Shown here: positions 1 through 9,125 of the stretch, piece by piece | Layout of the letters: every line of letters starts with the position of its first letter | Numbering within the stretch: the first letter of the stretch is position 1 | The notes under the pieces: model-generated | What the model saw: only the letters and a program-made list of their open reading frames with translations | The model's database searches: none | What the model was told of the DNA's origin: nothing | Position numbers and translations under genes: made by a program | DNA from: Cyanophyceae cyanobacterium | GTDB taxonomy: Bacteria; Cyanobacteriota; Cyanobacteriia; Cyanobacteriales; JBHJGN01 | Reading direction: 5' to 3' | Assembly (NCBI GenBank): GCA_050331735.1 | Contig: JBHJGN010000044.1 | Span: 40,999-104,998, forward strand | Length of the DNA stretch: 64,000 bases

Positions 1-368
1 ATGCATTTTAAAAAATGGCAACGTCTTTGCTTATTGCGTTCAATACACTGCTCCTTTTGAAGATTATTGCTCAAGAGTTACTCTCCTGAGCAATAGCTTT
101 GTCGGTTCAAAGACTCAGCGCTAGTTCTCTGTTACTCTAAGTACGCAGAAATAGAAATAGCACCAAGCTCTCGCGCATAAAGCTATTTTGCTTTATCGCA
201 CCAAAGAAGAGAGTAAAGTAACCGCAGAGCTAAATTGCTGGAGTAGCAATGGCTTGCTCCTAGCAAGCAGCCCGAAATTACTTTAGTAATAATTGCTTAT
301 TACTTGATTGCAACACTCGAATGGACTGGTTTTAAACATCAAGGTGGCGCAGTATTACGAACTAGAAA

Positions 369-394
369 ACCGACTAGTACGAATACTAGTCGGT
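369..394 (-). terminator. Intrinsic terminator-like hairpin
   Basis: Minus strand reads ACCGACTAGTA-TTCG-TACTAGTCGGT-TTTCT: a perfect 11-bp stem, UUCG loop and a short U tract. Confidence 0.65.
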
Positions 395-970
395 AGCGAG
401 ACAATCTCAACGCCTTTGCAGATAATTACGTAATGTGTTCAGAGCAACTTCGCTGAGGTATATTAGCCTGACTATCTAGCAGACCACTGACAAATACATT
501 GCCTTCATTCCAGAAACTAGCAAATGCACTCATGGATGTCTTTTTGCCTAGTTTTCCAGTGGAAGTCCACTGCTGACCTTCTTCAGGCGCTGCTTTCCCT
601 ACAACATTGAGCTTCCTTGCCTATTGCTAAAGCCTTAAACTCTCCTCAAAATTGGAGTTTTATATCTCAGCTTTTTTAGCAGATACCAAAGGAAGTATGT
701 GTAAAGCTTTTATTGTTGCTACTTATAAAAGATATAGCGGAATGTTTTCTTTCTGTCAAGACTTCTCCTCGAAAAAATTTCTTCATCGGATCAGACATTA
801 ACAATTATTAGCTTAGATACTGGCCCCAGTAAACTGGCAGGTTTTGCAATCGCTAGAGCTTGTTCAAAGCACCAAGCTAACTACAGTATTAGCCAACACT
901 GATTCCGTCAAAGCCAAAATCAAGCTGTCTATCGTTTGATCACCTGTGGGTACTATCGCTGAGCAAATTG

Positions 971-1561
971 CTATTGTCGATGAGCTTCCTTCCGGTTTGG
1001 CACGATAAAATGTTCCTCGACGAGGGCAGGAACTTGTGCCGGCTGAACTTTGCTGTAAACAGCCTTATTCGGCATCATAACGACGTTTGGTCCTTTTTTA
1101 CATCGCTTCAGGCAACCTGTTAACTTAATTCTGACCTCATCGGTTAAATGGCGATCGCTCAAACTTTCTGCTAGTGCCTGACAAACTTCTTTCCCGCCTC
1201 GTTTCCAACAGCTTGATTTTTGGCAGACCAATACACTGGCTTTCGGCTTAGGCTTAACGAGTGGCGGTTGGGGAACAGAAGCAGAGGAAGCTTGCGGACT
1301 ACTAGCCAGCTCAGACACTTGAAACGTATCGGCTTTGAGCTTGACTTTCCCTTTCCTCTCTTGCTGGCTTTTGCCGCTTACTTGTAAACAACATCCTGGA
1401 TAAACTGCCAGGTATAAATTCTGCCGAATTTCCTTGGAGAGTTTAATGCGATATTCTTTGTCAGCAGTGGCTAGTTTCAGGTACTTAATTTTGTCATCTT
1501 TTGTGACAAAACCTCGAAATTGACCAATAAGGTTGAAGTCTGATTTTTGCTTTTTAGCCAT
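971..1561 (-). CDS. Thioredoxin-like (2Fe-2S) ferredoxin domain protein with an N-terminal OB-fold-like region
   Basis: C-terminal VCQKSSC...TGCLKRCKKGPNV motif of Trx-like [2Fe-2S] ferredoxins. ATG at 1561 follows GGAGAG. Confidence 0.8.
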   Translation of the reverse strand: MAKKQKSDFNLIGQFRGFVTKDDKIKYLKLATADKEYRIKLSKEIRQNLYLAVYPGCCLQVSGKSQQERKGKVKLKADTFQVSELASSPQASSASVPQPPLVKPKPKASVLVCQKSSCWKRGGKEVCQALAESLSDRHLTDEVRIKLTGCLKRCKKGPNVVMMPNKAVYSKVQPAQVPALVEEHFIVPNRKEAHRQ

Positions 1562-1762
1562 AAATTCTCTCCAAGTTGTGAAACCCAACTAGCAACAGGC
1601 GTTGATTTGGTTGAGGCAAGCTCCTTAAATACAGAGTATACAAATAGCTGCAAGGTATTTTCAATAATTGCTCACTAGTTCTAGCAAAATCGAAGTTACT
1701 GAGCGTAGCTACACAACCCGCCAAGACTGCTTACTGGTAAAGTGACCAAAGCGACCCAAAAA

Positions 1763-1962
1763 ATGCCGTTCACTCCAAAGACAGTTCGGTTCATCAACCC
1801 AATCACTCTCACTCAAATGAAGCGGAGTAGCTATTTAATTAATCCCTGTCGCGGTTCAGTCGTAGACGAACGGGCAATTGTTGAGACTTTGGCTGTAGGG
1901 CAATTGGCCGGTTATGCCGCTGATGTGTTAGCGATGGAAGATTGGGCTAGAGGCGATTTCCC
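1763..1962 (+). pseudogene. ptxD: Internal fragment of phosphite/phosphonate dehydrogenase (PtxD)
   Basis: LINPCRGSVVDERAI..LAGYAADVLAMEDWARGD matches the PtxD signature NPCRGSVVDE...GYAADVFEMEDWAR. N- and C-termini are absent. Confidence 0.75.
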
Positions 1963-2853
1963 TTACATCACTGCCTCACTAGGAATGCCACCACTAGCAA
2001 AGGGATTGCTGCTGAGGTCAACATCGCTAGGAACATTGGGAAAGACCTGCTCAAAGCTGGTAACGCCCACTTCCGACAAACTTCCCCAAGGAGAGGCTTG
2101 AAATAGCTGATCGAGGTCGCTACCGCTACCCATGCTGTCGCCAGAACTGCCTAAGTCCCACTGGTAGTTACTATCGTTATTGGGAGCATTACCGACATTA
2201 CCCATTGGTATTCCTTCCATCGAAGGGCTTTCCTCACTCCGAGTCATCCAACCATTATCATTACCGAAGGTAGAAATGTTATTCCCCAAGTAATCGTTCG
2301 AGCCAGACTCACTGATGCGAAATTGTTCAAACAGCGTTCCATCGCTATCGGTAAGTTCTAGAGTTTGATTCGTGCCGACGACAAGCGGTCCACTATTAGC
2401 ATCGCTCGAGTTGCTAGGTACTAAGTTTTCTCCTCCGAAAGAAGATGACTCATCACTGGGAACAATTTTAAAAGTAATGTTGGTTCCAACTAGCAAAGGT
2501 TCACCATCCAGGCTTGGTGGTTCACCGCCGTACATCGGGTTTTCATCCTGACGCTCCATCCAGGAGCTATCATCGCCAGTCGTGATGTTAGAGCCAAGGT
2601 AGTTATTGAAGCCATCGGTAGAAATTCCCAATTGCTCAAGCAAACTGTTACTATCGCTGATTTCTATGGTTAAATTAGTGCCTACTGCTAAGGGAGCATC
2701 ACTGTCAGCACTAGACTGGCTGTTGCTGTTAGAAGAATCTAGTTTAACGGTGGTATTTGTAGCGACAATTAAAGGTTCACCACTGCTCCCAAACTGATTC
2801 TCGTTGAATAAAACGTCATTGTTGCTAGTTTGGTTTATTGCATTATCTTCCAC
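1963..2853 (-). CDS. Acidic Ser/Asn/Gly-rich hypothetical protein with an internal duplication
   Basis: 296-aa ORF with AGGAGA upstream of GTG; four PLxVGTNxT motifs. Confidence 0.7.
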   Translation of the reverse strand: MEDNAINQTSNNDVLFNENQFGSSGEPLIVATNTTVKLDSSNSNSQSSADSDAPLAVGTNLTIEISDSNSLLEQLGISTDGFNNYLGSNITTGDDSSWMERQDENPMYGGEPPSLDGEPLLVGTNITFKIVPSDESSSFGGENLVPSNSSDANSGPLVVGTNQTLELTDSDGTLFEQFRISESGSNDYLGNNISTFGNDNGWMTRSEESPSMEGIPMGNVGNAPNNDSNYQWDLGSSGDSMGSGSDLDQLFQASPWGSLSEVGVTSFEQVFPNVPSDVDLSSNPFASGGIPSEAVM

Positions 2854-3264
2854 TGGTCATTCTCCTAGCCGCTTTATTGGCTTTTAGTATTAATATTTGA
2901 AAAGTTTAGGTTCAACAATTACCGAATATTGCCGTTATCCCCTCAAGCACAATAGATAAAGAACCCGTTGAAAACTCAGTAAGCGATCAAGAATACAGTT
3001 CAAAATCTTGCTTACAGATGTTTTTGACAGGAAAACAGGGTTGTCTGTTTATCAGCAAAACTAAAGGCCAGAGTACTTAATGCAAATCTTATAAAAGCTC
3101 AAGCTGATTTTTAATGACAAAACCTTTCTATTGACTTGCTGATTTTTTGAAGTTTTCTATTGATGCAAGTTCGACTAGAATATTATTGGCAGCAAGCTTG
3201 CGCAAGAAAAATTGTGAAAGCTGCTAGAGGAGAAGGATTGATCGGTGCTAGAAAGCGATCGCAT

Positions 3265-3657
3265 CTAATCTAACTGCTTCAATGGCAGTGCCACTAAATC
3301 CTCAATCTTTTTAATGTTGGGATCGCCTGCTAAGTAACCGATCCCGCGATGGAGATGGAGGCGGAACTGATGAGCTAACGTTTCACGCTCTGTGCCTAAG
3401 CCATCGCTGTAGCAGCGCTGCTCAAGCGCAATGGTTAAAATATCGGCTATTTCTCCGCCAAATACCTGCCAGGTTAACTCAACGTTGCTATCAGCAGGAA
3501 TGGGAACAGGAGAGGGAATGCTTGGTTCTGCGAGAGAACGACAAAATGCCCAGCGACAAAGAACGTTCCACTGGGAAATTTTGGTGTATCGCTTGAGTTT
3601 AATTAACTGATCTTTAGCAGTTTGCGAAAGGCGAATGCGGTCTACTGGCGATTCCAT
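3265..3657 (-). CDS. dndE: DNA sulfur modification (phosphorothioation) protein DndE
   Basis: RIRLSQTAKDQLIKLKR...WNVLCRWAFCRSLAE...ELTWQVFGGE...FRLHLHRGIGYL are DndE-family motifs. Confidence 0.88.
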   Translation of the reverse strand: MESPVDRIRLSQTAKDQLIKLKRYTKISQWNVLCRWAFCRSLAEPSIPSPVPIPADSNVELTWQVFGGEIADILTIALEQRCYSDGLGTERETLAHQFRLHLHRGIGYLAGDPNIKKIEDLVALPLKQLD

Positions 3658-3726
3658 ACTCGTCCTAATTTTAGGAGCGAAAGAAGATAGCTTAGATATT
3701 CTATCTTCCCCTACCTAGGTTCTCAA

Positions 3727-5115
3727 CTACGACTGTGCGATTGGTAGCCGCACTTGGAAACAAGTACGTCCTGGCTCAGAATCAACGCGGATGTTGCCGC
3801 TGTGTCTTTTAACGACAATCCGCCGCACAATGTCAAGCCCTAAACCACTGCCGCCGCCGACTCGTTTAGTGGTAAAGAAAGGATCGAAGATACGGGGCTG
3901 AACGGCTTTAGGAATGCCGGGTCCGTTATCCTCTATTTCTACGAGAATGCAGTCGTTCTCTAGGGCAGTGCGAATGGTAATTTCTCCTTTGCCCTCCATC
4001 GCGTCGATGGCATTATCGAGTAGATTAGTCCACACCTGATTCAGTTCCCCACCGTGAGCGCTAATTCTCGGTAGATCCGGATCGTATTCCCGATGAACAG
4101 CGACACCGTGTTTGAGCTTGTGATGCAGAATCGTGAGGGTGCTTTCTAACCCTTCGCGAATATCGATTTCCTGCAGAGGAGCGCGATCCATATAAGAATA
4201 GCTTTTGATAGCGCATACCAGTTCAGAAATTCGACCCGTACTCTGCTCAATCTCGTTGATCAGTCCATTCAAATTGAGGCTTCCCTCCAGCCATACCATC
4301 GCCTCAGCAAACGCTTCTGCCTCCATCTGCTGAGCGAGGGGATCTAAGTGAGCCGGCGTTAGCCCAGCAGCGACAAACGTAGGAGCCATATCCCAGCTAT
4401 TAGCAACACCTTGCTCCTCTAGCCAGTCTGCCAACTCGTCCTCGCGATCGCTCTGCTCCAGAGGAGACAATGAGGAGGACGATGTCAACTGAGCGATCGC
4501 CTGCTGATAGAGATCCTTGAGCATTTCTCGCTCTGGCGCTGCAAACTGCTTGCCTCTCAAGCTGAGCATGTGAGACTGAAGGGCATCGATGGCGGTACGA
4601 AGCTGTTTGGCGGCTCGGCGTCCGGCAGCGGCAGGGTTGTTAAGTTCGTGGGCGAGTCCTGCCGAGAGTTTCCCGAGAGCCGCCAACTTATCCTGCTGGC
4701 GCATCTGCCGTTCAATCTCTTTTGTCCGCTCTGCCATCACCGGGATCAGCAGATCGCGCAACTGCGGACAGCGATTGAGGATTTCTTTAAAGTGTTCCAC
4801 ATCGAACCGCAACAGGCGACTTCTGCGCACTGCGCGTCCGGCAGCGAGGGTTTCTCCTCCGGTCAGCAGAGACAGTTCGCCAATAAAGTCACCGCGCTCT
4901 CCTTTAATTCCTAGCACCATCTCCTCGTCGTTGACCTTTTTCGTCAACCGAATTGCGCCTTCTAAAATTACGTGGAAGTCATAGGTGGAATCTCCTTCAC
5001 CGAAAAGTAAATCCCCCGGTTCTAGAACAATTTCGGTGCCGCATTCGGCTAGTTTCTGAATTTGTTCTTCTGATAACTTGGCTTGAATGGTGGGGCTAGA
5101 TAAGGCTTGTGTCAT
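3727..5115 (-). CDS. Cyclic-nucleotide-binding domain sensor histidine kinase
   Basis: N-terminal cNMP domain (LFGEGD, FIGELSLL); H-box AGLAHELNNP; N-box NQVWTNLLDNA; G boxes DNGPGI, FDPFFTTK, GSGLGL. Confidence 0.9.
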   Translation of the reverse strand: MTQALSSPTIQAKLSEEQIQKLAECGTEIVLEPGDLLFGEGDSTYDFHVILEGAIRLTKKVNDEEMVLGIKGERGDFIGELSLLTGGETLAAGRAVRRSRLLRFDVEHFKEILNRCPQLRDLLIPVMAERTKEIERQMRQQDKLAALGKLSAGLAHELNNPAAAGRRAAKQLRTAIDALQSHMLSLRGKQFAAPEREMLKDLYQQAIAQLTSSSSLSPLEQSDREDELADWLEEQGVANSWDMAPTFVAAGLTPAHLDPLAQQMEAEAFAEAMVWLEGSLNLNGLINEIEQSTGRISELVCAIKSYSYMDRAPLQEIDIREGLESTLTILHHKLKHGVAVHREYDPDLPRISAHGGELNQVWTNLLDNAIDAMEGKGEITIRTALENDCILVEIEDNGPGIPKAVQPRIFDPFFTTKRVGGGSGLGLDIVRRIVVKRHSGNIRVDSEPGRTCFQVRLPIAQS

Positions 5116-6779
5116 GCTTTGACCTCGCTGAGATACTGGTGAACGAACATAATGGCAATCGACCCTTCACCGACACCTGAAGCCACGCGCTTCACGGAAT
5201 TGTGGCGGACGTCTCCGGCAACAAAGATTCCGGGAACGCTTGTTTCTAACAAAAACGGTTCGCGCTCTAGATGCCAACCCCGAGAGCGATCGCGCTGGCG
5301 CTTGGTATCCGGTCCAGCCAGAATAAATCCTCTCTTGTCTCGTTCAACAACGCCGTCTAGCCAATCTGTTTCTGGCTTAGCACCAATGAAGATAAATAGA
5401 GAATTGGCCGCCACCGTTTCTTTCTCCCTAGTATCGTTGCGCAGAATCGTAATCGCCTCTAAGCTGGTGTCGCCCTTCGCTTCGACAACTTCAGAATTAG
5501 TTTGTACCGTGATGTTATCGGTGGCTTCGATCTGGTCGATGAGATACTGAGACATACTTTTGGTTAACGAGTCACCCCGCACCAGCATGGTAACCTGCCG
5601 AGCATACTGGGAAAAATACATTGCGGCTTGTCCGGCAGAATTGGCTCCACCGACGAGGTAAACATCTTCATTGCTACAGGCCACCGCTTCGGTTTTGGCA
5701 GCACCATAGTAAACACCGCGCCCCGTTAATTCCTCACAGCCAGGAACGTTCAGCCGCCGCCAGTATACGCCTGTGGCAATCAGCACCGCATGGGAGCTAA
5801 TTTCGCTGCCGTCAGCAAGAGTGATAATGCGGTAAGGCTCTTCGACTCGGATTTCCTTGGCTTCTTGGGGAGTGAGAATTTCGACCCCAAATCGTCTGGC
5901 CTGGGTGACGGCGCGACGCGCTAAGTCTCCACCGCTTAAACCCACTGGAAACCCTAAATAGTTTTCAATGCGAGAACTAGAGCCAGCCTGTCCGCCAGGG
6001 GCTTCTCGCTCAATCATCACGGTGGTTAATCCTTCTGAAGCCCCGTAGACGGCGGCAGCTAACCCAGCAGGGCCGCCGCCAATAATGACTAAATCGTAGA
6101 AGGGGCACTCTGCTTGAGTTTGTAGCCCAATTTTCTCGGCAATCTCTAGGTTGGAGGGCCTTTCTAGACGTTTTCCATCCGGGAACAGCACGAGGGGCAG
6201 TTGAGGTTTGTGGTCATTCGTGGCCCACTCTAGCAACTGCTGTCCCTCTTCCTGCTCCACATCTAACCATTGATAGGGAATGTGATTGCGGGCCAAAAAG
6301 TCTTTGGCCTGGTGGGAACAGGGGGACCAGCGATCACCGACCACGCGAATCCCTTCAAAGGCAGGACGATAAACGGCGAGCCAGTCATCGAGCAGGTCGT
6401 CAAGGACGGGATAGAGCTGCTCCTCTGGCGGATCCCACGGTTTGAGCAAGTAGTAGTCTAGTCTGGCTGAGTTGATGGCGCGGATGGCGGCTTCGGTGTC
6501 TGCGTAGGCCGTCAGCAGAACGCGCTTCGCTTCTGGAAAGAGCGGAGCGGCTTGTTCAACAAATTCCACTCCCGACATCTGCGGCATGCGCTGATCGACC
6601 AAAAACAGCGACACGGCTTCGTTCCGTAGCTTCAGTTCCTGAATGGCTGCTAACGCTGAGGAACCGGAGTTAGCGCGAATGATGCGAAAGCGATCGCCAT
6701 ACTGCCGTCGCAAGTCGCGGGCAACTGCCTGTAAAACTTCTGGATCGTCGTCAACGGTTAGGATTGCAGGTTTAGCCAT
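5112..6779 (-). CDS. Response regulator receiver fused to a thioredoxin reductase-like FAD oxidoreductase
   Basis: Receiver motifs (VDDD, DQRMP, LLTAY, KPW) plus TrxB motifs GGGPAG, SRIENYLGFP, GGANSA, VAGDVR. Overlaps the kinase start by 4 nt (ATGA). Confidence 0.9.
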   Translation of the reverse strand: MAKPAILTVDDDPEVLQAVARDLRRQYGDRFRIIRANSGSSALAAIQELKLRNEAVSLFLVDQRMPQMSGVEFVEQAAPLFPEAKRVLLTAYADTEAAIRAINSARLDYYLLKPWDPPEEQLYPVLDDLLDDWLAVYRPAFEGIRVVGDRWSPCSHQAKDFLARNHIPYQWLDVEQEEGQQLLEWATNDHKPQLPLVLFPDGKRLERPSNLEIAEKIGLQTQAECPFYDLVIIGGGPAGLAAAVYGASEGLTTVMIEREAPGGQAGSSSRIENYLGFPVGLSGGDLARRAVTQARRFGVEILTPQEAKEIRVEEPYRIITLADGSEISSHAVLIATGVYWRRLNVPGCEELTGRGVYYGAAKTEAVACSNEDVYLVGGANSAGQAAMYFSQYARQVTMLVRGDSLTKSMSQYLIDQIEATDNITVQTNSEVVEAKGDTSLEAITILRNDTREKETVAANSLFIFIGAKPETDWLDGVVERDKRGFILAGPDTKRQRDRSRGWHLEREPFLLETSVPGIFVAGDVRHNSVKRVASGVGEGSIAIMFVHQYLSEVKA

Positions 6780-6866
6780 TGCTTCGATGATTAATAGTAC
6801 TTTCGGTTACTAGGTTCGGAGCGTAGTCACGTGCTCCCGCTACTCTTTGATTTTCTACTGGTCAAC

Positions 6867-7493
6867 CTACAAATTGCAGGTCATCAAGCGGTTTAAGAAG
6901 AAGTTGGTCATTTTTGAGCCGTAAGGGGAGTTCCACCACCGAGAAGGATGGCAGCCAAGAGGCGCATTAAGAGAATAATCTAGTTCGTTACAGGGTTTCC
7001 AGCGGTTGTTTTCGCGCCAGCCCACCTTTTCTCCCCATTGTTCAATAATTTTTTGATCCTGAACAATGGTGGCATTAAGATCTCCTCCGACTTCCTGATA
7101 AAGACGTAGCTGCGGTGTAAAGCCAAAGCGACCCTGACTATACTTATTCCACAGTTGATCAATCACTCTCAAGTCGTTGCAGGGAAATCGTTGAATCTCG
7201 TTAGGGCTTAGCTCTTCTTGTGCGAGTCCGGCGATATCTAAAATTAGCCGAATTGTTTCCTTGTCTGCTTCAAACCAGTTTCCGTCTGCTAAATACTGTC
7301 GCAGTCCATCATACCGATGAACATCTGCCACCATCATTAAGTTTTCTTCTAATCGAGAAACTTTGTCAGACAGAGAGGATAGTTGATTAAGCTGGGGCTG
7401 AATTTGAGATAGTTGGCTACAGAGTTGCTGTAGCTGGTTCTTAATTTCGGATAGGTCTGAATTCACGACGTTATCTTCATTGCTATTTACCAT
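6867..7493 (-). CDS. GUN4 domain protein with an N-terminal coiled coil
   Basis: LADGNWFEADKET...FPCNDLRVIDQLWNKYSQGRFGF...VGW...LNAPLGCHP. Confidence 0.85.
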   Translation of the reverse strand: MVNSNEDNVVNSDLSEIKNQLQQLCSQLSQIQPQLNQLSSLSDKVSRLEENLMMVADVHRYDGLRQYLADGNWFEADKETIRLILDIAGLAQEELSPNEIQRFPCNDLRVIDQLWNKYSQGRFGFTPQLRLYQEVGGDLNATIVQDQKIIEQWGEKVGWRENNRWKPCNELDYSLNAPLGCHPSRWWNSPYGSKMTNFFLNRLMTCNL

Positions 7494-8178
7494 AAATCAA
7501 TGTCAATCCAATAAAATGTATCGAGCTTTACTTAGAGGACAGTAGGGCTTTTACTTAGTGTAGCGTTTTCAGTGGCTCGTTATTAATTGCTAGTTATCAA
7601 TTGGGCTTTGCTAGTTTCTCTTAAAGATTGATGTTAAGCCGTATGAGAACACTCAACAGTTGACCCTACTTGAATAAAAAACAAGGCTAATAACTACTAA
7701 ATGACCTAGACAGCCAACTTATAGTAACAGTTTTTTAAAGGCTTTAGTTGGCTGAGGACAACAAAAAAGACGGCTTTAATATAAATATGGCCGCTATTTA
7801 TTTCTCAAAAAACTTTTTTATTTTTTGATTGTCTGTTTAACTATAAGTCTATAAATAAGAAATAGAATTTGAGCGCAGCGTTAAATTAAATAAGCGAGAT
7901 TTTATTTGCATTTCCCCTGAATTTATTTGGCTTAATCAAGCGCTAGTTCTAATCTTTAAAACAGGCTCTAAGCATTCCTGATATTTCGAGAACAACGGCC
8001 ATCTTGTCTGTTTTTTAAAGGAGTTAGGGCGGGCAAACGTCTCTTGTCAAGCTTGCTCTTTTTAAAGCTTCTGTAAACTTATCACCAAGAAAAATAAGAT
8101 TCTGTAAAAGCTTTCGTTGCAGGATGATGACTAAAAGAAAGCAGGCTATTTTGGGTTTATACACCTAAGACCGCGCCG

Positions 8179-8385
8179 ATGAAAACTATGTTTAAATCTC
8201 AACAACATTCTTCTAGTCAGCAGGGCTTTACCCAGACACTGAAAGCGCTCTTCTGGTTAGATCTAAAAGCGAGAGCTGGCAGGAGACAACCGCAACAGTC
8301 TGAAGTCAATGATTCTAAATACAGTATGATCGATTTCCTTGAGGAAGTCGCGCTACTACAGGCTCACCAAGACAGCACTCAATAA
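8179..8385 (+). CDS. Hypothetical small protein
   Basis: 68-aa ATG ORF after a long AT-rich intergenic region; no family recognised. Confidence 0.4.
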   Translation: MKTMFKSQQHSSSQQGFTQTLKALFWLDLKARAGRRQPQQSEVNDSKYSMIDFLEEVALLQAHQDSTQ

Positions 8386-8633
8386 ATCTTTAACAGTTGA
8401 CGCCGTTTGTTCCTCAACGTTCAGCCGAAGAAGGTTTAGGCTCCAGGGCAGCCTCAAATTTCGAGGTTCCCTGGGAACCAGGCACTGAGTGCTTTGAGAA
8501 CCCCTAATCTATGAAAACGACTTCGCCAACCGGGGGGACGGCTGTGATAAGTAAGCTCCGCTCGTTCGTCAAGGGCAACTCAGGCGATATTACGATGCTT
8601 CCGAAACTAGAAGTTAACAGGGAAAATTCGAGC

Positions 8634-9047
8634 ATGAAAAATAAACATCAAAAACACATTCACTACAACATTATGGAATGGCTGGTCCTTCAGGAAGTAA
8701 ATCAGCAACTGACAGCTTATCCAGCAACGCTGAGGCGGTATATTAACCGAGTAGAAGTTGTGTCCTTTGCTCTTAATCATTTGCCTTCCCTTTATGCTTC
8801 ATCTCAACGAGGTTTCGAGCAGCAGCAGCAACGAGGCTACCAGTTACAATCTCAGATTCAAACAGCCGTACAGCGAGGTTTTGCGGCGGTTCAAAGAGAT
8901 CCCCTCAGAAAATCTACTCCTTTAACCACTCAAGCTGTAGCATCGGCAACTCTCCCAGACGGGCGTAATTCACAGGTAGCTACCCATCAAGGATTGAAGG
9001 ACCGCAGGCAAGCATTCGACTGGAACGACGCACGCTACTGCCGATAG
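8634..9047 (+). CDS. Late competence development ComFB family protein (c-di-NMP receptor family)
   Basis: YNIMEWLV..EV...VVSFALNHLPSLYASS.RG...VQRDPLR is the cyanobacterial ComFB motif. Start placed at ATG 8634; the ORF is open from 8511. Confidence 0.8.
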   Translation: MKNKHQKHIHYNIMEWLVLQEVNQQLTAYPATLRRYINRVEVVSFALNHLPSLYASSQRGFEQQQQRGYQLQSQIQTAVQRGFAAVQRDPLRKSTPLTTQAVASATLPDGRNSQVATHQGLKDRRQAFDWNDARYCR

Positions 9048-9125
9048 AACAGGGGCGTTGCTGAATCAGATCCGACTGGAGTTGATTGTTGGCGGTCGGT
9101 AGCAATCCATCGATTTCGAGCAGAT

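Noticed and set aside
1742..2101. 119-aa ORF as a real gene
   Set aside because: It is a chimera of a ptxD fragment and antisense sequence of the 1963-2853 gene.
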